Shown one piece after another: positions 35,558-46,292 of a stretch of 64,000 nucleotides of DNA. Position 1 is the first letter of the stretch, and every line of letters starts with the position of its first letter. This stretch comes from Carpediemonas membranifera BICM. Taxonomy: Eukaryota > Protista > Fornicata. The translations under genes were made by a program, and so were the position numbers. Location of the stretch: NCBI GenBank assembly GCA_019828565.1, contig JAHDYR010000011.1:606656-670655 (forward strand), read 5' to 3'. The notes beneath the pieces were generated by a model. The model saw nothing but the letters and a program-made list of their open reading frames with translations, made no database searches and had not been told where the DNA came from.

Positions 35558-36601
35558 AGGCGCGCTCAAACCAACGTTTAGAGAAGAGCCCGAGAGAGAG
35601 AAGCCGGGAGAAGAGCCGGGGGAGAGCCCGGGGAGAGCAGCAACGCCCACAACTCTTTGGGATACTGTTCTTTTGGTGTTGATGTTGTTATTGATGTTGA
35701 TTTCTCTAAAGTCTAAAGTGCTTACTGATGTAGCTCTCGCCGTTCTTCTCTGCGACGTTCAGCGTGAAAAAGAACTTGCGGCAGAGGAACCAGAGGCACT
35801 TGGTTGGCCTCGGGGGTGAACGCGTCGCTGATCATGCCGTCTATGCCTGGCCACTGCTCTTGAGCCTCCTTCAGCACTCTGTCCTCGAGGTCGGGTTGGC
35901 CCCGCCACCCACCAGACACGCCCACACCGCGCCCTGGTTCAGTGTGTGCATGGCTGCCGGGAGCTCATCGCCAGGCGAGAGCTCGACGTTCATGGACAGC
36001 GGGGGTCCGTCTGCGAGGATCGAGCGGGCGTGATCTAGGAGGACTTGTGCGGTTGGTTCAAGCGGGGGATCTTGGAGAGCGTGGCGAGGAGGTATTCGAG
36101 AGAAGGGGCGCTACATGATGCAGTAGTGCTCTCTGCGTTATGGACCGAGGGCATCTCCTCGCCAAAATGCCTGGTGTAGGCGCATTGGAGCGAGGATGGT
36201 ATGTCCCCGGAGATGGAGGCCGTTGCGGTGAGCGAGGTGCGGAATGCGGCGATCAGCGCATCTTTGATGGCCGATGACGAGGAACTAGCGCTACTCATTG
36301 GTTCTAGCGCTCAGTTCAGCGGCGACTCGAGCTTGTTCTTAACATGCTCGATGGTTGGCTGGTGTCACTGGTGGCCGGGAGACTCTCTAGATGAACTTGA
36401 GGCCGCGGTAGAGAGGGAACTCACGGTAGTGTGGGGCAGGGTCTTGCCGACCATCATGGCCATGGGTGGCGGGTCATCAATCTGATGGGGCTGGCCCAGC
36501 TGAATAAAGATGGGAGGCGTTGTAGGCAAAGGATGCGACGTCCTGAAGGGTAATGTTGGGGGAGGTGTTCTCGAGCACGTGATCGTACTTCCTCAACACA
36601 C

Positions 36602-37248
36602 TTTTTATTCACTCACCCTTGTTAACCACCCGAGCAACAGGCTAACAGACCACATCTACATACAACGCAAGGAAGCATGCAGGCCGGCACGTCCGACTGA
36701 CTCAAGTCCACAGCCAGACTTCTGCATTGTCATTCACCGGAGGAGCAGGCCAGAGTCACTTGCCATCTGGCGCATCATGAGGAGATATTGGAATGTGTTG
36801 ATGTGTTTATTGACTAAATGAGCTGGAATTAGGCGGGTTTGATGTTGCTTACATGTTCTGTGGCATGCCTGATGTCCAAAGATGTATTTTGGCACAGTGA
36901 TGTTGTTTAGTGTGCTCATAGCTGACCGCGTAGTTATCTGACTTCAATGTGTCGTGTTGGTGCCAAGAAATCGATGGTAGCTCGCACGTTTGAGGTAGTT
37001 GCTTGTTGCATCGATGCAACGCACTTTAAGGATTAAAAAGCTGTACCCCATAGCCGTTTCCTAAGGCCAAATGCGGCCCTCTCTAGCGTATATACACGCG
37101 TGTATTGGGACTAGATGCAGTGTTGTGGCATGCCCGGTTTAGCTGAATCCACAAATGTGGATCGGCTCTGGCTGCCGTATAGGTGGCCATGCTTTGGACT
37201 TATGGCTGGAGACTGATACAATTGGCAGGTAGTTGACTGGTACGTGCT
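36602..37248 (+). repeat. Dispersed ~0.5-0.65-kb non-coding repeat, four copies
   Basis: Other copies at 40026-40169 plus 46293-46798 (split by E3), about 51960-52479 and about 54140-54673. Confidence 0.9.
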
Positions 37249-38902
37249 CATATGGACAACCGACGGCCATTCACTGGCAGGGCTCGCTTCGCAACAGACA
37301 GGCGCTCCCTGGGGCTTGGGGCTGTGCATGAGCTTAGACAATAATCGTGGGTCAGTCTGACACCTGTATGGACATCAACGCGGTCGTAAGCATGCTTCAC
37401 CTTGTTTTGCCGCAGTTTATGGACGAAATGGATGTCTTCACAGGAAAGCACTCATCCTCTGAGCATTTGCGGTATCTCATGACAATGCTCGCCGCAGTCG
37501 ATGTTCTTCGGGGATCCTCGCAATCCATAAGAGGCGAGCGCCACGGAAGGGCATACTCCAAGACTATTCACACCGAGTTCTTGCGGTCCTTCCTTTTGTT
37601 GGAGCGGGAAGTGCTCAACGAGGATCCAGAAGCGCTAGAGAAGATGGATGCATTGTATTCGGGCGATCGCGAGGAAACAATGAAGATTGTCGAAGTGCAC
37701 GACGGAGAAGAGGATGAGCCACCCGTAACCAGCGCATCAAGCTCGCATAAGACAAAGAAGGCCCACAAGCGTCGGCTACTTTCGGCAAGGAAGACCCAGA
37801 AGCTAACTTTTCCGTCAGAGATTGTCCATCCCGATGATGCTGCCTTGCCGGTGGAGAGAAGTGCGTTCCTCCAGAAGTATCTCAAGACGATCAAAGCTAG
37901 ATTGCCTTCACTAGAGAGGTCAGTCGAGCGTGTGAATCGGCTGGGGGACATGCAAACTTCCCTGGCGTCACTCAACCATATTGCCGACAGCCTCTCTGAA
38001 GAGAACCTCACGGTGATGCGTATTTACGTTGCGTATAACCTAACTCTGTATGACTATATAGCGAAGGATAAGTTTACTGTGGACCCGATAATTGCTCCAA
38101 CAGCTGAACTGACTAAGATGGCCGAAAAACAACGCAGCGAGTTCATCAGCCGTAACCAGAGTTACTGCACAACCCGCACTCGCAGGACTAACAAGTCAAG
38201 CTTCTATAATGATGTACAGAAACATGCCACGAATATGGGTGTGAAGAGCATAGAACGAAGCCACATCATCATCGGCATGATGTTGCTGACATACGCCGAC
38301 TTCGGCAAGTTCCTGGAGGCTGGTTTGATTCCCAGGGACACGGGTGATGCGAGAGAGTTGGCAAACATGGTCTTGGAGAGCTTCTTCATGGCATATAACA
38401 GCGAGGGAGGAACGCGTGCAGCACTCATGCAGGAACTGAAGGATGGAGTAACTGACACAGACAGGCTATCGATGATGGAGCAAATGTTTGCGCTTTCTGT
38501 GGAGACGAACTCCCTGACGTATGTCAAGCCATCGCCCGAGACGGAATGTGAAGAGAGAAGTGGGTCTGGCAAGCGGAAAGGCAACGTGACGGAGTCAGGC
38601 GATGATGATGGGAAGCGAGCACAGTTGGAGTAAAGAAGAATCAGTCAAATTTAAAGATAAGAGTGCAGTGCGGAGGAACACTCTCATTCTCCGAATTGTT
38701 GTTCATGCGAAAGAGGATGTATTTGTGGAACTCGGAGTCACTAATGCGATCTTCACTCAGAGCCTTGAACCATATGCTAAACTCATTCGAGAATGTCGCC
38801 AAAACATAGGCACACCATCGATCGAAGAGGGAAGCCTCGAAGTCGAAGGAAGCATGGATATAGGTTGCCAAGTCTTTCTTTCCGACTCGTAGGCCAACCT
38901 TC
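36729..38902 (+). repeat. 2.17-kb segmental duplication, second copy 51960-54133
   Basis: Identical 428-aa ORF at offset 15231. Confidence 0.95.
37347..38633 (+). CDS. Hypothetical protein (up to 428 aa), copy 1
   Basis: Long open frame with no recognised motif; start uncertain. Confidence 0.6.
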   Translation: MGQSDTCMDINAVVSMLHLVLPQFMDEMDVFTGKHSSSEHLRYLMTMLAAVDVLRGSSQSIRGERHGRAYSKTIHTEFLRSFLLLEREVLNEDPEALEKMDALYSGDREETMKIVEVHDGEEDEPPVTSASSSHKTKKAHKRRLLSARKTQKLTFPSEIVHPDDAALPVERSAFLQKYLKTIKARLPSLERSVERVNRLGDMQTSLASLNHIADSLSEENLTVMRIYVAYNLTLYDYIAKDKFTVDPIIAPTAELTKMAEKQRSEFISRNQSYCTTRTRRTNKSSFYNDVQKHATNMGVKSIERSHIIIGMMLLTYADFGKFLEAGLIPRDTGDARELANMVLESFFMAYNSEGGTRAALMQELKDGVTDTDRLSMMEQMFALSVETNSLTYVKPSPETECEERSGSGKRKGNVTESGDDDGKRAQLE

Positions 38903-39204
38903 TTCCAGCGTAGCAGCTGGAGCTGACGGGAAATCTTTGATGTTGAAGAATCGATGGCATCATCGCTAATGTCTGAAAATGTCGAGTGCACAATGCCATC
39001 ACTCCATGATTCCCGAAGCTCATCAGTTTTTGCGAAAAAGACCGTTCTAGCTTGATCAGTGGTGAGCCAATATGAAGCAAACGCTTCCGCGCAATTTTGA
39101 CGGACTCTTTCCATTCCTTGGTTGAAAGCTTTGATCCTGTCTACATTCAACATGCACCACAGCTTGTAGTAATGCTCAAACAATTGTTTCTGATGATTGC
39201 TCAT
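38641..39204 (-). CDS. Hypothetical protein (about 187 aa)
   Basis: ORF fills the gap between the converging 428-aa ORF and the divergent SET gene. Confidence 0.45.
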   Translation of the reverse strand: MSNHQKQLFEHYYKLWCMLNVDRIKAFNQGMERVRQNCAEAFASYWLTTDQARTVFFAKTDELRESWSDGIVHSTFSDISDDAIDSSTSKISRQLQLLRWKKVGLRVGKKDLATYIHASFDFEASLFDRWCAYVLATFSNEFSIWFKALSEDRISDSEFHKYILFRMNNNSENESVPPHCTLIFKFD

Positions 39205-39237
39205 TGTACGTGCAGTTTACACAGTTTGGTCGTGAGC

Positions 39238-39942
39238 ATGCCAATTGATTATACCATACCAGACGTGAGTTCAAAGGTTGAGAGTGATCGCTATTGGTCG
39301 CTGGATGTTTACAATCAGTTCATGAACCTTTCAGAGCTGAATGAAGCAGACAGGAACAGATTTCTGATGATGAACACGTCTAAGCTGTCTTATGACTATT
39401 CTGGACTGAAACTGAATGAAATTGGTGTCAGTGTCAGCAAGAGGCTTGTTCTTACTGAGCAGCATTCGATCTGTGGTGATGCATGCGGCCTCGGGGTTGT
39501 ATCCCCACATGCGATGAATGTCAACGACTTCGTCGGTATATACGCGGGAAAAGTCTGTGCTATTACCCCTGAACTTCAGATTGGGCAGCATGACTTTGAG
39601 CTTCCCCTTGGCTCCAGTGAGTTCATGGTTCGTGGCGACCCTACCAAGCACGGAATTCACATGGTGAACGATAACCCAATCGTGACAAATGTACAAGTCC
39701 GCTGCATTAAGGTGCAGGTTCAGGTCGATGATGACACGGTGCCGCTTCCTCTTCTTGCCCTTCTATGCATCAGGAACACACGGCCTTACGAGTTCCTTTC
39801 TATGGCATACGCGCCTTCGTATTGGGAAGGAGAGCATCGTCATTATCCCCTTGATGTTGCAGCATTTGAGCTGATGATTCGGGGTTCCACTATCTTCGAT
39901 GTTGATCAGGCCCGTCGTTTGGCTCTCGAATACTTGGAGTAA
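39238..39942 (+). CDS. SET-domain protein (putative lysine methyltransferase)
   Basis: GLGVVS..FVGIYAGKV..HMVND..NV..LCIRNTRPYEFLSMAYAPSYW follows the SET motif order; NH is ND here and EEL..Y is divergent. Confidence 0.75.
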   Translation: MPIDYTIPDVSSKVESDRYWSLDVYNQFMNLSELNEADRNRFLMMNTSKLSYDYSGLKLNEIGVSVSKRLVLTEQHSICGDACGLGVVSPHAMNVNDFVGIYAGKVCAITPELQIGQHDFELPLGSSEFMVRGDPTKHGIHMVNDNPIVTNVQVRCIKVQVQVDDDTVPLPLLALLCIRNTRPYEFLSMAYAPSYWEGEHRHYPLDVAAFELMIRGSTIFDVDQARRLALEYLE

Positions 39943-40308
39943 AAGCATCATAGTAGATTCATGAGCTCTGTCAAGGCTCTGGCCTTTGGGGCTCTCTCAA
40001 CATGCTACTCAGACTTCAGAACCAGTTTTATTCACTCACCCTTGTTAACCACCCGAGCAACAGGCTAACAGACCACATCTACATACAACGCAAGGAAGCA
40101 TGCAGGCCGGCACGTCCGACTGACTCAAGTCCACAGCCAGACTTCTGCATTGTCATTCACCGGAGGAGCTGTCGTGGGTCTTACCCAATATTTACATAGT
40201 TGTATTATTTACATCGTCTTCAGGTTTCTGTCGACACATTTGGTGTCGTCTCTTTTCCCTGTAAAGCTTTCTTGTCCCTAACGGACTACATTTCTAGAAA
40301 TTCAAGCC

Positions 40309-43300
40309 ATGAACGATAAGAAACGCCTTATACCTCCTCTACTAACGGTTCCGTCAGTTGAGGCTCTCATCACTTTCGCCGAGGCCTTCCGCGACTATCG
40401 CGCTTACGGAGGCCATCGGGATATCTCAGACTTGATTGATAGCTCGGTACAAGACCTCATTGCCACGATCCTATCCACTACGCAGGACGAAGACGACGAT
40501 CACACTCCCCTAGTAGCCTCAAGGAAGAACATCCGCGATCTGAAGGATCAGAGAACTCTCAAGCGGCTCGGACAAGCCCTGCAACCCAGAACCAAGACCT
40601 CACGCCTCCAGCTGTTCCGTCTAAGAGCCAACAGCTTCGACACGGTACAGGTCGCACGCGTCAATCGGAAGTTCACTCTCCTCTTGTCCCTGTTCGATGG
40701 GAAGTCCCTCAACGAGGACAACCTCAAGGAGGCGTATACGCGTGCCTTTAAGAGCAACCCCAAGGCCATGTACCGCATCCAAGAGCTCATCGAGGACCAG
40801 CCTCTGGAAAAGGCTATGCCCGCCGTCCTAGCCCTAGCACGTGAAGTCCAAGAGTCACGGGATCTACTAAGCGCTTTCGAAGACGCTCCCTCTCGTCAAC
40901 CCTACACGTCCCGCCATGACCGCAGACACGACTCGTCTGTGATCCCGAAGAAGCCCTCGTCCGATAACCGGTCGGCTGAAACCAACAAGGGCCACAAGGC
41001 AATCAAGAAGGAGAAGCCGGCAAAGGACTACTCTAACTACACCTGCTATAACTGCGGTGGCAAGGGTCACTCGGTGTTCAAGTGTAAGAAGCCCAAGCAC
41101 ACATGTAAGAAGTGTGGTCGTGTCGGCCACCTGGAGGATTACTGTAAATCCTCCAAGTGCGTGTGTGTTTTAAGTTCCAAGGAGTCACCGGCCGAGGGCG
41201 AACCGTCAAAGACTAAGGGCGAGACCGAGACTAAGCCATCTGTTCCCTTGATCAAAGTCCAGATTAATGGTCACAACCTCACTGCTCTACTTGATTCAGG
41301 TGCCGGAGTCACGATCATTAAGAGCACGTGGGCGTCCAAGCTGACAAAAGTTAGCTCCGAGGTTATTCCGATCCGTACCGCCAACAAGGGTATTCTTCAC
41401 GCGCAAGGCGCTGTTGAAGGCGACGTAAGACTGCTAGCGTCAGCGTTTACACCCAAGGCGTGCTCCTACAAGCCACGTATGCTGCTACTTGACACTGAGT
41501 TCGACATGATTATCGGATATCCAGACATGGTAGCACTGGGAATCCTTCCCCAAGCCTACACCGACGAGCAAGATGATGACGAGATCGAGATTCCGGACGT
41601 GTACAAGTATCAGGCACCATTGTTTTTCTTTGTCGCAGACCAGCATCGACCGGCAGGCCGAGCTCATCAGACGTTATAGCGACGTGTTCGAGGACCGTAG
41701 CGAACCCAGCCGCCTCGAGCCGTATGACCTCATCCTACGCGAGGACCGAGTGGTCAACGCCAGACCATACTTCGTCCCACCAGCCAAGGTCGACATAATA
41801 CGGGAGCACATCGACGAGCTGTCCTTGAAGGGGTTTATCGAGAGAAGCAACTCACCGTACGCATCCCCGGCCATGACGGTGCCGAAGAAGGGCGGGAAGT
41901 CGCGCTTCGTCGTGGATTTCCGGCAGATCAACGAGATCACCCCCACTTTCGACTACCCGATCCCAATGATCGACGAGGTGATCGCCCAACTACCCAACAA
42001 GAAGATCTTCGCCACACTAGACCTGTCGTCGGGTTATCACCAGGTCGAACTGACCAAACGCTGCCGCAAGTACACTGCGTTCACCACCATTCTAGGTCAA
42101 TATCAATACACTAGGATGCCCTTCGAGCTAAGGAACGCAGGAGCTCACTTTCAGCGTGCCATGGAGTCGGCTTTCGCCGAACTGGTTGGTCACGCCTGTT
42201 ATATCTATATCGACGATATCATTGTCTTCGGGGAAAACGAGGAGGATTACCTCAAGAACCTGGAGAGCGTGCTGCAGCGTACTAGACAGATCAAGTTACA
42301 ACTCAACCGTGACAAGTGCCAGTTTTCGAGGGCCGAGGTCGAGTTCCTGGGCAGGGTCATATCCCATGGCTGTCAACGCATCGCAGCGGACCGCATTCAA
42401 GACATCCTGGATCTCGAAATGCCTAAGTCGGTCAAGGGAATGCAAGCGCTCGTCGGATTTCTTAACTATTTCCGGGATCATGTCCCTGGTTTCGCAGAAG
42501 TAGTACACCCCTTAACTCAAGCGATGGCCTCCAAGATCCCGCTGGGTGGCGACGAGCAAGAGCAAGCCCTACGCAAAGTCAAGACACTCCTCGCCCAAGC
42601 AGAAGCACTCGCCATCTTCGATGCGTCCAAGGAACACACCATCATGACCGACGCGTCAGGAGTAGGCTACGGCGCTGTGCTATTGCAGGAAGGCCAACCC
42701 GTGTGCTTTATGAGCAAGGCCTTTGACCAAGTGCAATCGCGATGGTCGGTCGGAGAGAAGGAGGCATTCGCCATCGTCGCCGCCATTAAGCGATGGAACA
42801 AGTACCTCTCCTGGGGAAAGTTCACCCTTCTCACGGACCATCGCAACCTGATTTACATGTACAAGTCGACTAACGCCAAGGTCCGCAGATGGGCTGAGGC
42901 TATGTCCGACATGGACTTCGACGTCAAGCACGTCGCTGGCCTTGATAACGGTGGGGCAGACGGCTTATCGCGAGTGTACGTTATGCAGTCCGCATCAGAA
43001 GATGACGTTGAAGCAGAACACCTCACCGCCGGGGCCCACCTCTCCCGACGTGTAGTTACTGAACGACTCAAGGACCAAGGCAAGTCAGTATCACGTGAGA
43101 CTGTCAGCAAGGTCATCGAAAACTGCCCGGTGTGCCAGGTGATTAGACGCCCTCCGGTTGACAGCCCGTCAGGATTGCACACAGCCGTAGATCGCCCGTT
43201 CCGTAGGGTGGCAGTTGACACGATGGGGCCTTTCCCCTCCGTCGACGGCAAGGCTTACATCACAGTCATGATCGACATGTGCAGTCGGTGGACTGAGCTA

Positions 43301-44260
43301 GTCGCATCTTCGAGTACCACCGGCGCGGCAGCAGCGGACGCCCTGGTCAACAACTGGATATTGCGTTTCGGGTGCCCTGAGGTTCTCCAATCCGACGGAG
43401 GACCAGAGTTCAAGAACCAACTCTTCAAGCGCATCGCAGATGAGATGGGGTTCAAGATCCATATTACCACGGCTCACCACCCGCAATCCAATGGGATGGT
43501 AGAGCGCGCCAACCAGCAAGTATTACGCATCCTCAAGGCGCGTAAGTTTCAGCTCAGAGGGTCAACCTGGATCGAGAATCTACCTGTCGCCCAGTTCATC
43601 GTTAATTCATCCCCGCGCACGTCTACACGCCTGTCACCAGCCGAGATAGTTCTCGGGTACGACCTGAGAATACCACAGAACGTGTATGTGACTGATTCTA
43701 GTACAGCGAGCGCGAGTGAGTCTCACAGGGAAGCGGCCGCAGCGGCTGTCCAACTCGCCAGCAGCCGAGTCCAGGCGATGAGAGAGGACGCCCTCGCAAA
43801 GGCTACTGCCTCGAGGAATGAGATTATTAGCAGGTTCGTCCTAGTCAAGTACCCCTCTAGACCACCGAACAAGTTGTCACCTGGATGGAGAGGGCCAATG
43901 CGAAGGCTCGCCGGAGTGAAACAACACGGTGTCGTTGTCGCGTATAAGGTTTTAGACCTAGCTGAGAAGGACAACTCGAAAGCGATCACGGTAGACGCAT
44001 CGAGAGTTCGGAAGTTCAATCCCGGCAGGCTGACAGAAGATCAGATCAAAGCACTCGCAGCCACGGCTGACGACGAGTGGGAAGTTGAGCGAATCAGTCG
44101 ATCTCGAGGTCGAGGCCCGATGTCCAAGCGGGAATACCTCGTCCATTGGGCTGGGTGCGAAGACGAAGAGGCCACGTGGCAAGACTATTCGTCAGTCAAG
44201 GACCTAGAGGCGCTAGACATATTCCTGAAGTCAGACGAGGCCAAGCGAGCCGGTCTGTAA
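40309..44260 (+). CDS. gag-pol: E3 gag-pol with C-terminal chromodomain (one frameshift near 41625)
   Basis: Two CCHC knuckles, LLDSGA, YIDD, TDAS, HHCC, DDE, EWEVERI..EYLVHWAGCEDEEATWQ. Confidence 0.95.
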
Positions 44261-44293
44261 ACCTTCAGCAGCTACTCAATCCAAACCTTTATC

Positions 44294-45538
44294 TCACTCC
44301 AAAACACCCCCGCTGAGAGCACCGTTCGCGTCCTCAGACCGGGTACAATAGCGAACTAGCTCGGGATGAGCAGCAAAGAACTTGACCCCAGCCTGACTAT
44401 CACGGATTGCCTCGGTTGCCAGGATAATCGAGCTGTACTCGCGTCGAGCATAGTGCACGAGCAGACGCAGGGAATTCTCATGCAGATGGTGGCCAACGAT
44501 TGCCTCAAGCACATACACACGACGTGGCTCGTTATGATCGAGCGCGACGGGCAGGACGTCATTGCTGGGGACATCGAACAGGAAGTTGTCCATCAAAGAG
44601 TGGCGCACATGACCGAAACCAGTGGGGGTCCGGATTGCTTCAATGTATTGGCGGCTGAACTCTCGCACGTCAGCAGCGTCTAGGATGCCCTGCGCGTGGC
44701 CCACGACCATCATGTCATACAGGTCTGGGTCATTACCTAACATTATGGCGCGACGCAGATGAGGGGTCATGACGGTGTAACCACGCCCCGAGAGAAGCTG
44801 AATACGCTCGCGCAAACCCTGATGACAGAGCGTACGCGAGGTCGCGTCGAGGCGGCGGAGGTGCAAAGCCACCAGATCCTGATCGGTGGGATCGCCAGGC
44901 CGACCACACATAGCCCGAGTGTGGTACTCGCGCGATAGCGCCAGCAACACGAGACCATCGCGACAGATGTCACGCGCAACGGAAGAAGAGTTCTCCGTTG
45001 CGGCGAGATGCCCATATGAGTTGAGCATCCCGGCGCGGAGCGCCCGCAAGGTACCAGACATGTCTAGAGTGATGTAACTCACGCCCTCTGCGGCAACAGC
45101 GGTGATCATCTCCTCCAGAGAGAAGAGCGGCGAGACCTCGGTTTCCTCACCCGACCCCGAGTCGCCGTGACCCGTTGGCCGGGATTCATCATCGCTACGA
45201 GCTGTCTCGGCCTCGCACGAGTCACCACGGTTCTCACGTGGAGAGCCAGCATCACCACTCACCGTCTCAGCCTCCTCCGGGCTTTCGTCACCGCCCGGCG
45301 TCGGCGAACGCACACAAGAAGTGACCGGAGCACTCGTAACGCTCTCAGTAGAGGTGTCCCGGATAGATGTCACGTTTGTAGGAGCAGGTGCGCTGAACAA
45401 AGCGTGGTAGTCGCTGGCTGAGTTGAAAAAACGGGCACGATCGAGATAGCGGTTCAAGAAGCGTTTGAAGGCCTTTCGGGCTTTCTCCTCATCAAATAGC
45501 GCCAGCATCTGCGTAATCTGCTCACGTACGTCGGACAT
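44294..45538 (-). CDS. E3 antisense accessory protein (~414 aa) with C-terminal chromo-like domain
   Basis: Intact ORF converging on pol; homologous to E1 13738-15066; VYVLEAIVGHH..LRLLVHY. Confidence 0.8.
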   Translation of the reverse strand: MSDVREQITQMLALFDEEKARKAFKRFLNRYLDRARFFNSASDYHALFSAPAPTNVTSIRDTSTESVTSAPVTSCVRSPTPGGDESPEEAETVSGDAGSPRENRGDSCEAETARSDDESRPTGHGDSGSGEETEVSPLFSLEEMITAVAAEGVSYITLDMSGTLRALRAGMLNSYGHLAATENSSSVARDICRDGLVLLALSREYHTRAMCGRPGDPTDQDLVALHLRRLDATSRTLCHQGLRERIQLLSGRGYTVMTPHLRRAIMLGNDPDLYDMMVVGHAQGILDAADVREFSRQYIEAIRTPTGFGHVRHSLMDNFLFDVPSNDVLPVALDHNEPRRVYVLEAIVGHHLHENSLRLLVHYARREYSSIILATEAIRDSQAGVKFFAAHPELVRYCTRSEDANGALSGGVLE

Positions 45539-46292
45539 TGCTCGTTCGTCACTTCCCGTTTTCACTGAGAAAACAACAACTCGAAAGAAGTAGCAACCAA
45601 CCTCAATGGAACTTGAAAGACACTGTTTTACGGCTAATTCAAGCCCGATTGATGTTATTAAGGATGAACGCGGCCTTTTGCAGCCGCGAGAGAGAACGTC
45701 GCACCGTCGAGAGCAAAAAACGCGAGAACTCGCGTTTTCCGCCGAATTGAGGCTTCTAATGACGTTTTTCGATCTCTATGTAATAAGGACGGCGACGTGA
45801 AGTACATACCAAGAGAAACACAAAGATCATCACAGTGAGCAGTTTTAGGCGCTCATTTGATCTAATCAATATTCAAACGGCCGTTTTACGACCGTGGAGG
45901 GGCGGAATGCCTCACGTAAGATCATTCTAATTACACAGCGCGCTAACAAGTGGTACCACGATAGGATTTTGAGATCCGCAGATATTTTCCGAATCTTTCA
46001 GATTCACCCCGCCAATTCTGGCTCCCGACTTGAACAAGGCATTCACCCTGTACCCTGCCATGGTACAGAGTCTCGTAGACCAATGAGTGGCATCGGAGGT
46101 CTCGGGACTGGTCAAGTCCCTCATCGCACATTCGTTCGAGTGGCATACGCCTGAGGCCATGGCCCCTTTGGGGTCCATGGAGGGGCGGTGTCGTGGGTCT
46201 TACCCAATATTTACATCGTCTTCAGGTTTCTGTCGACACATTTGGTGTCGTCTCTTTTCCCTGTAAAGCTTTCTTGTCCCTAACGGACTACA

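Larger units (their letters stand above)
40170..46292 (+). mobile_element. Complete chromodomain-bearing Ty3/gypsy element E3 (6.1 kb)
   Basis: LTRs 40170-40290 and 46189-46292; TSD GAGC; PPT GGAGGGGCGG 46179-46188; the empty site is seen in other copies of the host repeat. Confidence 0.97.
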
